29,444 nucleotides of DNA from an uncultured Verrucomicrobiales bacterium (GCA_938091905.1 CALKOM010000147.1:1-29444); one strand, 5' to 3'; positions 19,825 through 29,147 are shown, counted from the stretch's first letter. Numbers and translations: made by a program. The notes: generated by a model from the letters alone, not told the origin.

Positions 19825-20688
19825 ATGTTTGATGCCAAATCCCTTCTCGATTCGCTTGTGACCGGAGTCTCCGAGTTCGGAGACAAGCTTCAGAATATTC
19901 AGCCCGGCGAGACCTTGGAGAAAGCTCGTGATGTCGCGGGTGATGCCCTCGACCAAGCCACCAGTGGAGTGAAGGATGTGGCTAGTAAAGCCGTCGATGT
20001 CACGGGAGTGGATGAAAAGTTGGATGCTGTTGTAGGGAAAGTGAGTGGCGGTCGAACGACAGAAGTTTTGCTAGAGCAGGCCAAGGATATTTTAGCAGAG
20101 AACAAACTCGCTGCCGGAGTCGCTCTCGGAAGTCTTGGCGCGCTTCTTCTCGGCACCAAGAACGGCCGCAAAGTGTCAAAGAACGCTGCCAAGATTGGCG
20201 GAGTCGCTCTGATTGGCGGCCTTGCTTACAAGGCGTTAGAGAATTTTAGAAGGGGCAAGTCGTTGCTTTCGGATCGGGATGAACCGGAAGCCGCCCCCGC
20301 TGACAGTGACTTTGCTAGCAAGAAACTAACGGACGATCAAGCCCTCCTCTTGGTTCGCTCCATGATCGCCGCGGCCGCCGCGGATTCCCAAATCGATGAA
20401 GCTGAGCGCATGCGTATCACGCTTGGTTTGCGTGAAGCTGGCCTCGATTCCGCCGCGGCCGACTTTCTCGAGAGTGAATTTAAGAATCCAGTTTCTGTCG
20501 ACGTGCTCGCTGCAGGAGCCGATACCCCTGAGCTCGCCAGCCAGGTTTACACCGCAGCTAGGCTCACTATCGAGCCCGACACCGTTGCCGAACAGTCCTT
20601 CCTCACCCAACTGGGGGAGGCACTCTCGTTGGAAGCTAGCATGGTCGAACACCTCGATGCCGTAGCTGCTTCTGCCAAGGCGGCCTAG
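19825..20688 (+). CDS. DUF533 (TerB-like/YebE) family protein
   Basis: MFDAKSLLDSL start; GGVALIGGLAYKA; LLVRSMIAAAAADSQIDEAER; QVYTAARLTIEPDTVAEQSFL..L..AL.L. Confidence 0.85.
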   Translation: MFDAKSLLDSLVTGVSEFGDKLQNIQPGETLEKARDVAGDALDQATSGVKDVASKAVDVTGVDEKLDAVVGKVSGGRTTEVLLEQAKDILAENKLAAGVALGSLGALLLGTKNGRKVSKNAAKIGGVALIGGLAYKALENFRRGKSLLSDRDEPEAAPADSDFASKKLTDDQALLLVRSMIAAAAADSQIDEAERMRITLGLREAGLDSAAADFLESEFKNPVSVDVLAAGADTPELASQVYTAARLTIEPDTVAEQSFLTQLGEALSLEASMVEHLDAVAASAKAA

Positions 20689-20762
20689 TTTCGAGTCGAC
20701 GGTTGTCGGGGCTGGAGGAGGAATATCCTTGGCCCTGCGTAGCCGATCGTCAGAATGAGTTG

Positions 20763-21785
20763 ATGCAGCATTGCTTAACCATTCTCCTGGTTCTCTCGAC
20801 GATCGGCATTGTTTGGGCTAACGGCGACCCCAAGGTGTATCGGCCTGTGCGATGCGAGTTGGTGCCCTTGCCGAATCATCAAGTCTCATTTCGAATCGAT
20901 GGGATGGAGATGACCCGCTGGCACTACGGGCCGGACTATCCCCGGCCCTTCTTCTACCCATTCAATGGCCCGTCCGGCGTCTCGTTGACGCGCATGGGGC
21001 ATCCAGGAGCCAGTGATCATGACCATCATCGGTCTGTCTGGTTTGCATTCCATAAGGTGAATGACGATCTCAACTTCTGGGCGGATGGGACGGGAACACA
21101 GATTCGGCAGAAGCAATGGTTTGCTTACAAAGATGGGGAGGACGAAGCCATCATGGCGTGCGCGTTAGGGTACTTTGATACAGAAGGTGCGGAGGTCATG
21201 GAACAAACCACCGTGGCCGCTATTCGGCCAGGCGTAGATGGCTATGAATTGGAGCTCCAGATTTCGCTGCACCCGCCTGAGAACCTTGAGACAGTGGAAC
21301 TCCGGAAGACGAACTTTGGCCCGCTAGCGGTCAGGGTTGCCAAAAGTCTATCCGAACACTTTGGTGCCGGCCAGTTGACGAATAGCGAGGGTGCTCTTGG
21401 CGAGCCAGACATCTTTGGTAAGCCTGCGCGATGGGTGGATTACTCTGGACCGGTCGTCGTTGGTTCAGGCCAGGAGCGGAACATCAGTAAGGAAGGGATC
21501 ACCTACATCGATCACCCAACAAACCTTAGGCACCCTACGAAATGGCACGTCCGCTCCGATGGATGGATGGGTGCCTCCGTGTGCATGGATACTGGTATCA
21601 CCATGACAGCGGAAAAGCCTTTGGTATTAAGATACCTGCTCATTGCGCACAGCGGTGGTTGTGATGCTGCCTTAGCAAACGCATCAGCGAAGGCATTTGC
21701 CGAACGGCCTCCCTTCGAGGTCGGCAAACGTCGTACGAAGCATCGCCCATGGGAAGTTTGGCGGAAGACAGTAGAGCGTGAATGA
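20763..21785 (+). CDS. DUF6807 ('PmoA-like') family secreted protein
   Basis: Signal peptide from ATG 20763; PRPFFYP.NGPSG.SLTR, DHDHHRSVWFA, RWVDYSG, DHPTN.RHPTKWHVR.DGW and LRYLLIAHSG. Confidence 0.8.
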   Translation: MQHCLTILLVLSTIGIVWANGDPKVYRPVRCELVPLPNHQVSFRIDGMEMTRWHYGPDYPRPFFYPFNGPSGVSLTRMGHPGASDHDHHRSVWFAFHKVNDDLNFWADGTGTQIRQKQWFAYKDGEDEAIMACALGYFDTEGAEVMEQTTVAAIRPGVDGYELELQISLHPPENLETVELRKTNFGPLAVRVAKSLSEHFGAGQLTNSEGALGEPDIFGKPARWVDYSGPVVVGSGQERNISKEGITYIDHPTNLRHPTKWHVRSDGWMGASVCMDTGITMTAEKPLVLRYLLIAHSGGCDAALANASAKAFAERPPFEVGKRRTKHRPWEVWRKTVERE

Positions 21786-21835
21786 TCGGACAGACACCAA
21801 AGGAAACCGACTAAACCCAAACGAAGACTATTGAT

Positions 21836-22264
21836 ATGCCTAACGTCACTTCAATCCACCTGGCTCCGGGTTCTCGTCTTCCCATGAAATCGATCTCGAG
21901 GGTCGTGGTGGAGGCTGGGCGTGGTCTCGTAGGAGACCGTTATCATGGCACTAGGCATCGCCATGTGAGTGTACAATCGCTCATGTCACTCATAGAAGCT
22001 AGCAAGCTACTAGGGCTCCCCATTGAGGCTTCCACGACTCGACGAAACATCACGATCACGGATGGCGAAGTTCCAAGAAAACCCGGCCACCACATCACGA
22101 TCGGCTCTGTGGAACTGGAGGTCGTGCGCGTGGCCGCACCGTGTCGGTTGCTAGATGACGTGATTGGTGCAGGAGCAGCCCGTTCGCTCCACAACCGGGC
22201 GGGATCCATTTGTCGTGTGCTCAGCGGCGGCACTATCCAGGTCGGTGATACCGTTAGCCTCTAA
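21836..22264 (+). CDS. MOSC domain-containing protein
   Basis: GLVGDRY, R.VSVQS, TRRNITI, VVRVAAPC and CRVLSGGTIQVGD. Confidence 0.88.
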   Translation: MPNVTSIHLAPGSRLPMKSISRVVVEAGRGLVGDRYHGTRHRHVSVQSLMSLIEASKLLGLPIEASTTRRNITITDGEVPRKPGHHITIGSVELEVVRVAAPCRLLDDVIGAGAARSLHNRAGSICRVLSGGTIQVGDTVSL

Positions 22265-22278
22265 TAGCCTTGATAGGT

Positions 22279-22628
22279 CTAGCCCATCGGCTTACTACGC
22301 TTCGCCGTGGGGTTGAAAGCAAGCGCTAGGTCGACCCATTACGCGATGTCCTGTTTCCGGATCAACGCATCGAGATCCACGTAAACGTAGCCGCGCATGG
22401 GCTTTCCCGGACAGTCCATGAAATGGCAGCCTACAGCCTTCACGTTTCAGGGCGGCTTCGTAGGCTTCTGGGCTGTTCCTTGCAGAGCCGGTCGTGTTCC
22501 ACGCTGACCTACATCTTGCCGTCAACCATGTAGCAAAGCGTTCCCATCATCTTCTTGGTCTCGTGCAACGCGCCCGGCTTTGACAAGGCCGTTGCCACAC
22601 GTTCAGCTAAGTCCTCATCAGAAACCAT
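22279..22628 (-). pseudogene. TfoX/Sxy N-terminal-domain family pseudogene
   Basis: MVSDEDLAERV...KKMMGTLCYMVDGKM* (TAG 22509-22511), frameshift, PEAYEAALKREGCR, frameshift, MDCPGKPMRGYVYVD...* (TAA 22339-22341) WVDLALAFNPTAKRSK. Confidence 0.8.
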
Positions 22629-22639
22629 GGCGATAGACG

Positions 22640-22867
22640 TTGATCGTAACGCGCTACCAAACGCAACGGGAAACGGGACCGATGAATGCTGGGTTAGGGC
22701 CTTTCTTAAAAGGAAATGGTAAGGGGCGATTCGAAGCAGTCTGGCCGCAGCAAAGCGGCCTCCTCTTTCGGGACGACACCCGAAGTGTTGTGCAAGTGCC
22801 AGCGAATGGAAAGAACTTGCTCGTATTTGGCGTTAACGATGGACGCCCCCGGGTTTACGCCAAGTAG
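22640..22867 (+). pseudogene. Orphan 3' fragment of an FG-GAP/VCBS-repeat gene
   Basis: YQTQRETGPMNAGLG.FLKGNGKGRFE...SGLL...GVNDG aligns by eye with FQPQAETGRFDSGLSQVLYGNGDGTFE...GLIV...GQNDG in the 15482 protein; there is no 5' part. Confidence 0.7.
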
Positions 22868-22876
22868 ACAATCGCT

Positions 22877-23887
22877 TCACAAGGCCGATGCTCGTCGCTT
22901 GGCGGCGTAGCGATTGAGCACTTCGTCGACGGTCACACCCAGCAAGATGATAAAGCCCATGACCGACCATTTGAGTGCGTCGGGCACTCCTAAGAAGAAT
23001 ACAGCGGTGGTGGTGAGCTGTACCAAGGCCGTGCCACAGATGACTCCAGCGATGGCACCTTCGCCTCCACGCAAGCTACACCCACCCAATACCGCGCCTG
23101 AGATGGCCCAGAGCTCGTAGAAATTTCCAAACTTGGATGGCGTTGCTCCATTCGAGTCGAGCACGAACATGATCCCGCCGAAACCTGCTAAGAGAGAGCA
23201 GATCATGTAGGCAAAGATCTTCATCCGGTCCGTGTTGATACCACTGAACTTGGCCGCTTGTTCATTACGACCGAGTGCTAGCAGGTAACGTCCAAAGGTC
23301 GTCATATTGAGAAGCACCGCCGCGACAATCCCAATCACGATGGTCCAAACGAACGGCATGGGAATGGCACCAAAAAGTTCGCCTTTAACCATGGTTTCAC
23401 GAAGGCCCGTGAACTCGTTGCCAAATCCTTTGGTCTGATCATTGGCCACCGTTCGGGCCAAGCCTCGGTAGATGAGCAGCCCGCATAGTGTCACGACAAA
23501 CGGTTGCAATCGCACCTTCGTGATCAGGAGGCCATGGATTAGCCCAATCAATACGGATATCGCCAGGACAATTCCAATGACCACAATCACGGGTGCACCA
23601 GGCATCTTGTCTATCAAGAGCATCGGAAACAACACCCCGGTGAGCCCAATGAGAGACCCTATAGAAAGATCGATGCCGCCCGTGATGATGACAAACGACA
23701 CTCCGATGGCAATGATCCCATAGAGCCCGGCATAGCGGAGCATGTTCGTGACATTGCCACTACTCCAAAACGTCCGGTGGACTAGGCCTGTGATGATGAA
23801 GATCGCGACAAGCAGTGCGAAGATCGTCAGCGTCTTCTGATTTCCTCGGATGAGGCGTTTGAGGAAGGATTCTTGCGTGGTTTCCAT
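22877..23887 (-). CDS. Sugar ABC transporter permease (RbsC-like)
   Basis: IITGGIDLSIGS, LQPFVVTL, FGRYLLALGRNEQAAKFSGI, YELWAISGAVLGG.SL.GGEG. ATG 23887 preferred. Confidence 0.94.
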   Translation of the reverse strand: METTQESFLKRLIRGNQKTLTIFALLVAIFIITGLVHRTFWSSGNVTNMLRYAGLYGIIAIGVSFVIITGGIDLSIGSLIGLTGVLFPMLLIDKMPGAPVIVVIGIVLAISVLIGLIHGLLITKVRLQPFVVTLCGLLIYRGLARTVANDQTKGFGNEFTGLRETMVKGELFGAIPMPFVWTIVIGIVAAVLLNMTTFGRYLLALGRNEQAAKFSGINTDRMKIFAYMICSLLAGFGGIMFVLDSNGATPSKFGNFYELWAISGAVLGGCSLRGGEGAIAGVICGTALVQLTTTAVFFLGVPDALKWSVMGFIILLGVTVDEVLNRYAAKRRASAL

Positions 23888-23894
23888 GGGTAAA

Positions 23895-25388
23895 TCAGTT
23901 GGTTCCGGTCGCGAGTTGCATGACCCGTTCTTCATTCATGTCCGCGCCCGTGAGTTCTCCGGCTAGCCTGCCTTCGTGCATGACAAGGATGCGGTCCGCG
24001 ACGCGAAGCACTTCCTCCATTTCACTGGAAATGAAGAGCACTGCCGCACCTTCCTTGGCCATTTCCTCGATGACCTCATAGATCTCGCTTTTAGAGCCGA
24101 CATCAATGCCTCGTGTGGGCTCATCAAGTAAGAAGACCTTTGGCCCTAACGAAATCCATTTGGCAAGCACAACCTTCTGCTGGTTGCCACCTGACAGAAG
24201 CCCTACCTCTTGCGAAATGGTAGGTGTTTTGACACTGAGTTTCTCTTTGGCTTCGGTGGCCACTTGGTCATGACGGCCTTGCTGAACAAAGCCATAGTTC
24301 TGGTAGCGGTCGAGTCCAGCCATCACCACGTTGTCGCGAATCGGCATCTCAACAATGATACCATGCTGTTTGCGATCCTCGGGAACGTAAGCAATGCCCG
24401 TCGCAATGGCATCGCGAGGGCTATCGATCTTGACTGGCTGGCCGGCCACTTCGATTGCACCTCCTAACAAACGAGCAATTCCGAAGATCGCCTGTGACAG
24501 CTCGGTACGTCCAGCGCCCACGAGCCCCGCCATGGCAACAATTTCACCCGCGCGCAGTTCGAAGCTCACTTTCTCTTCAGGTGCATGAGCAATCTGCACA
24601 TCTTGCAACTTCAGTAGGACATCGCCAGCCGTGCCATGTTCCTTGTCGTGTAGGTTCAGTTCGCGACCAACCATGAGCGCGACCATGCGATCGTGATCGA
24701 TTTCCTCGCGCGACAGCTCGCCACTATTCTTTCCATCCCGCAAGACAATGACGCGGTCAGAAATTTCTTTCACCTCCGCCAGACGATGAGAAATGAAGAC
24801 AATGCACAACCCTTTCGCGCGAAGATCCCTAACCAACTTAAAGAGCACTTCCGTTTCGTGCTGGGTTAGGCTGCTTGTGGGCTCGTCCATGATGAGAAGC
24901 CGAGCATCCTGAGAAAGGGCCTTGGCAATCTCTACCATCTGCTGATGCCCAATTGAGAGATCACTCACCCGCGTGTCTGGAGTGAAGGTCATGCCTAACT
25001 GGCCGATCAGTTCAGCGGTGCGCCGTCTGATCTCCGCGTGATCGATCAGACGGAACTTGGTCAGCGGTTCACGCCCAAGAAAGATATTCGCACCGACAGA
25101 AAGGTTGTCCGAAAGATTTAGCTCCTGGTGAATGAAAACCACCCCGAGTTCGGACGCGCGGTTCACACTCGGGATACTGACCGCTTTCCCGTCAACGTGG
25201 ATCTCGCCCTCACTGGGGATGTGAACACCTGCCAGGCACTTCATCAAGGTGCTTTTGCCCGCACCGTTCTCGCCCATCACGGCGACGACTTCTCCAGGGT
25301 AGAACGACGCGCTAACGTTGTTCAACGCATGGACGGCGAGGAATCGCTTATGGATCCCGAGCGCTTCGATGAGCGGCGTCTTTTCCAA
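23895..25388 (-). CDS. Sugar ABC transporter ATP-binding protein (RbsA-like, two ABC domains)
   Basis: GENGAGKS, LIMDEPTSSL, GLVGAGRTE, VPEDRK, LSGGNQQK and LLDEPTRGIDVG. Confidence 0.96.
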   Translation of the reverse strand: MEKTPLIEALGIHKRFLAVHALNNVSASFYPGEVVAVMGENGAGKSTLMKCLAGVHIPSEGEIHVDGKAVSIPSVNRASELGVVFIHQELNLSDNLSVGANIFLGREPLTKFRLIDHAEIRRRTAELIGQLGMTFTPDTRVSDLSIGHQQMVEIAKALSQDARLLIMDEPTSSLTQHETEVLFKLVRDLRAKGLCIVFISHRLAEVKEISDRVIVLRDGKNSGELSREEIDHDRMVALMVGRELNLHDKEHGTAGDVLLKLQDVQIAHAPEEKVSFELRAGEIVAMAGLVGAGRTELSQAIFGIARLLGGAIEVAGQPVKIDSPRDAIATGIAYVPEDRKQHGIIVEMPIRDNVVMAGLDRYQNYGFVQQGRHDQVATEAKEKLSVKTPTISQEVGLLSGGNQQKVVLAKWISLGPKVFLLDEPTRGIDVGSKSEIYEVIEEMAKEGAAVLFISSEMEEVLRVADRILVMHEGRLAGELTGADMNEERVMQLATGTN

Positions 25389-25393
25389 GAGGA

Positions 25394-26431
25394 TTAACCT
25401 TCTTTCAACTCGTCGATCAAGCCTGAGCGACGTTGCTGTGCATTCAACACATCGAGATTTCCCACGAAGATCATCAATTTGCCACCATCTGGCATACGCT
25501 CTTTGACAAGCTTTCCTAACATACGGCCAGCTTCGTAGTTGTTCGTTCCTAGGTAGAACCTTCGGTTGCTGTCAGGCGCGTCACTATCGTGGCAGACCAA
25601 CGGCATGGCGGCAGCAACTTTGTTAATGATGTCGGTCTGATTGGCCGGATCAAGAGAACTGAGAGCCACGCCGTCGTAGCCGCCCTTGGTCAGCACGTCC
25701 TCAAGGATACGATTCTGTTCGGCAGCCTCGCCAGTGGGTGGGGCTTGGAAATCCACCGCCACGCCAAAGTCCTGCTGGGCCTTGAAACAGCCTGCCCGAG
25801 CATACTCCCAGAATGGATCAGGATTGTTGATGATGAACGCGAACCGAGTATCTCCCGAAGGCGCGGGCGCCGCCTTGGCTAGAGCACCGATACGCTGATA
25901 CTCTTTCAAACGCGTCCAGTGAGCGTCCACATTGTCCTTCACAATCGTCTTCGCCTCGATATCAATTTCCTTGTCGTCAGGAATGACGAATTTCTTCCCA
26001 TCCACGATGTCCTTGAGATACTTGACCGATTGATAACCAAATTCGTAAGGCTGCTGGACGATCGTTCCTTCAATGGTGCCGTCGATGATCCCTTGAAGCG
26101 CAGCCTCGTCTTCGTCGAACGAGAAGATCTTCACCTCTTTATTGTCAGCAGCTTGGATAGCTTCCAGGCACGCCGGGGCGTTGTAGGCCCAAAGGCCAAC
26201 CATTCCATCCACATCCGGATAGCGTACCAGCGTATTCTCGGCATTGGCTTTAGCAGCAGCGCGATCCGCCCCATCCGTGCGAGTACCCAGAATCGTAAAC
26301 TTGCCTGCTTGGAGCGTATCCGCGCCACCACCGCCCTCACCGCTGCCACCGCAACTGATCAAAAGGAAACTCGCTGTGAGTAGGCCAAAGGAACTGATTA
26401 GGGTTTTCATGGAACTGATTAGGGTTTTCAT
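25394..26431 (-). CDS. Sugar ABC transporter substrate-binding lipoprotein, circularly permuted RbsB-type fold
   Basis: Lipobox LLIS-C. Both halves of a type I periplasmic sugar-binding protein are present but in swapped order (see findings). Possible starts are 26440, 26431 and 26410. Confidence 0.9.
   Translation of the reverse strand: MKTLISSMKTLISSFGLLTASFLLISCGGSGEGGGGADTLQAGKFTILGTRTDGADRAAAKANAENTLVRYPDVDGMVGLWAYNAPACLEAIQAADNKEVKIFSFDEDEAALQGIIDGTIEGTIVQQPYEFGYQSVKYLKDIVDGKKFVIPDDKEIDIEAKTIVKDNVDAHWTRLKEYQRIGALAKAAPAPSGDTRFAFIINNPDPFWEYARAGCFKAQQDFGVAVDFQAPPTGEAAEQNRILEDVLTKGGYDGVALSSLDPANQTDIINKVAAAMPLVCHDSDAPDSNRRFYLGTNNYEAGRMLGKLVKERMPDGGKLMIFVGNLDVLNAQQRRSGLIDELKEG
26390..26431. 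repeat. Perfect 21-bp tandem duplication
   Basis: GGAACTGATTAGGGTTTTCAT at 26390-26410 and 26411-26431, encoding MKTLISS twice. Confidence 0.97.
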
Positions 26432-26659
26432 AAAGCGCATTCTGCGGAACCGTCCTTCGAATGCAAGCCCAAGGTCAGGGGTCTTGGCTGCTCTCCGGCA
26501 GGCTGCGCGTAGCAGGTGGGCAAACCCTCCAACCCTGGAAGGCGAGGCTCCGTCCGCACCATGATCTTCGGCCCACCTAGTGGATCGGGTAAGCGTTCGT
26601 GGAAGAATGTTGTCTTCGCGTGGCCACCTGAGGCCAGAGTAGCCCTACCCCCCCCCCCC

Positions 26660-27590
26660 CGCTCCGGCACGACTTTGAAATCGCGCCCAGCCTGATTACT
26701 AAACACGGGTCCCTGTGCAATCACCACCATTCAGCCGTAAATCGATTTCCGGGTCGGCTAAAGGCGCACGGTATCCTCTCTTCTCACGGTGAATTCCGTT
26801 TGGCCGTAGGGATTGATGAACCGCGCCTGGTGAGTGGGCATTTCCCAAGCCCTCCCTTGATTGAACCAACGACACGCTGGCTCGTTCTGCATGACCGGCC
26901 TCGCCGCCGCTGACCGTCACCACTGAGTTGTCTTGGGGAATCCCATGGGCGTCCGGTGCCCGTTTCTCTTCTGAGAGGTCCAATCGAAAGCGCTTGTCGG
27001 GTCCGAAACTTTCGCCCACCGCTGGAAGGTAGTTTTGCGAACGCAAGGCAGCTTTGGAAGCCAAGTCGGTCTGCCAGGTGCTCGAGTTCACGCGACCACA
27101 AGAGACCAGTTTTGGATCTGACTCTATCATGGCCAATAAGGAAACTTTCATTATCGCAGTTGGATGATTGCTAGACAAAGATGGACCGGTCTTGTTCTGC
27201 CACTTTTTCAAGTTCGTCAAGAGTCCCTTGTCAGGATCACGCGTATCAATGAACGGATCGTTCTTGGCGAAGGCGTATTGTCCTAGCCAAGCGTCTCGAA
27301 GCTCAGATTCGAATGGGCGAAGCTTGCCTCCTTTCAGAAAAATCAGCTCAGAGACAAAGAGGCGGTCCCCGTTTCGGAGAATGGGATCACTCAATCGTGC
27401 CGATGCTAACTCAACATTAGCCAAGCCGATCTCGGGCAGGGCATTCGTCCGCTGCGGTCTCACCATGGAATGCCCACCGTTGAGTTTCTCAATTCTGAAG
27501 GGTGAGTGCTGGCGACCCGACAATGACCAGTGCAAACGTTATACCAGCCACCACAAGCATTCGTTCATAAGAAGGGGGCAAATTGCGTAT
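26660..27590 (-). pseudogene. Degraded gene resembling the Amuc_1099-type verrucomicrobial pilus-system protein
   Basis: Three frames stitch into RNLPPSYERMLVVAGITFALVIVG (TM anchor, then TGA), RLFVSE...AWLGQY...DPDKGLLTNLKKWQNKTGP...NHP...GESFG..RFRL..EEK...GI..DNS and WEMPTHQARF...EFTVRR (with stops). Family call is by resemblance only. Confidence 0.5.
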
Positions 27591-27944
27591 CGAACACCAT
27601 CTAAACGGTAATTATTAAGCGCAGGTAATATAGCGTAAAGCCTCATCCATCTTGTCCGACAACCCTAACTACGCCATCACAAGGTAGCCACAGGCGTAAG
27701 CATGCTGACCGCAAGCAGCAGCAGCCCTAGCATTCGCGTATATTGGGATATATTCGTGACGTACTAACTCTCTCCCATCGTTTGCTAACACATCATCTGC
27801 AGTCACGGCCACTCTTACAGGCGCCACCCAGTATTCCTTTACACCGTTGTCCACTCGAGCTTGCCCACGCCCAACTCAGATCATTCGTCACCACTTCATT
27901 CGCGACTGATTGACGTTCATTCACGGTCCCTATCGTAATACCAA

Positions 27945-28897
27945 TCACAGTTCATCTAGCGGACTTCCCAGGGCACCTCGCATCGCCTTCGCCACATGAG
28001 TATAGATCTCGGTCGTGCGAATGTCAGCATGCCCCAGGGCCTCCTGGATTGAACGCAAGTCCACCCCTGATAACAACAAATGGGTCGCATAGCTATGCCT
28101 CAGGGTATGCGCAGTCACCTTCTTCTCAATCCCAGCCACGCGGGCAGCCTTCTGCAACGCCCTTCCAATCGTCACGTCCCGCAGATGATGCCGCCGGGTC
28201 ACCCCGCCCCTGGGATCCATCGACACACTTTTCGAAGCAAATACCCAAAACCACTCCCATCGTTTACTCCACGCGGTTGCGTTTCGCTCCAATGCTTGGG
28301 GCATGTAGACCCCGGCCAAATCGGCCGCGCGATCACTCTCATGAAGAACACGAACCCGCGCTAACTGAAACTCCATTGGCTCTCGCAAACGTTTCGGAAA
28401 AGTGACCATCCGATCCTTGCTTCCCTTACCGTCGTGCACACGCACCACCCCAGCGTTCAGATCATGTCCTTCACCCGCAAACGCAGGCACTCCATCAACC
28501 GGAGGCCACATCCGTACAACAAACTCGCAGCCAAGCCTGTATCCCCTACCGTTGGCCCGAGCAAAGCCTTCACTTCCCCGGTCGTCAGCACCACCGGAAT
28601 CTTCTGCCGCTCCCGGGCTCGCAACGCATCAATCCCTTCTACAGGAATCTCAAGCACCTCACGGTAAAGGAACACCAAGGCGTTGAGAGCCTGGTTCTGA
28701 GTAGACGGCGCGACATTCCGTTCTGCTGCAAGATGTGTCAGGAAAGCTTCCACCTCTTGCGCACCCATAGTCTCAGGATGCCGTTTCCCACCATAGAAAT
28801 GCACAAACCGTCGATACCACTGCACATAAGACCGGTCTGTCGTCAGCGCCATCTGACGCAAGCGCATCGATCGCTTCAAACGTTCCTCAAGTTTCAT
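27945..28897 (-). pseudogene. intI: Integron integrase, split by a 1-nt deletion
   Basis: [40 protein letters not shown], integron-specific insert ([17 protein letters not shown]...WEWFWVF), [12 protein letters not shown] and [15 protein letters not shown]. The span is 953 nt (3n+2); the frame breaks at GAC-AT-GAT (~28464). Confidence 0.93.
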
Positions 28898-28989
28898 GGA
28901 TGGACAAAAAATGGGTTACAGGCCGACCTACTCAATCGCAAAGGAGTGTAGTTTATTGTACGAAATTAGGAATACCTTTACATTTTAGT

Positions 28990-29012
28990 GGGGATAATAA
29001 TGCGTTGTGTTA
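28990..29012 (+). other. Putative attI recombination site
   Basis: GTTGTGT at 29004-29010 is an imperfect GTTRRRY core in AT-rich DNA about 105 bp upstream of the divergent intI start. Positional inference. Confidence 0.4.
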
Positions 29013-29147
29013 ATATCCGAGAAGATAATTGTAAAATCGGAATAAGACAACATTATTGAATGCTATAAAGTGCTATCGAAACTTCCGTCAATAGAGTCGC
29101 TGACTTAGATTGTTCGCTTTAAAGATGAGCGCCACTTGCTCAATAAT

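Noticed and set aside
20763..21785. Methane monooxygenase, suggested by the 'PmoA-like' family name
   Set aside because: This is a soluble secreted protein without the multi-TM pMMO architecture, and there are no pmoC/pmoB neighbours.
27669..27854. 61-aa minus-strand ORF, and GCCCAAC (~27870) as a possible attC end
   Set aside because: No recognisable protein motif, and no complementary GTTRRRY partner or attC-like hairpin nearby.
28898..29000. LexA box in the intI promoter
   Set aside because: I could find neither CTGT-N8-ACAG nor the verrucomicrobial TGTTC-N4-GAACA motif.
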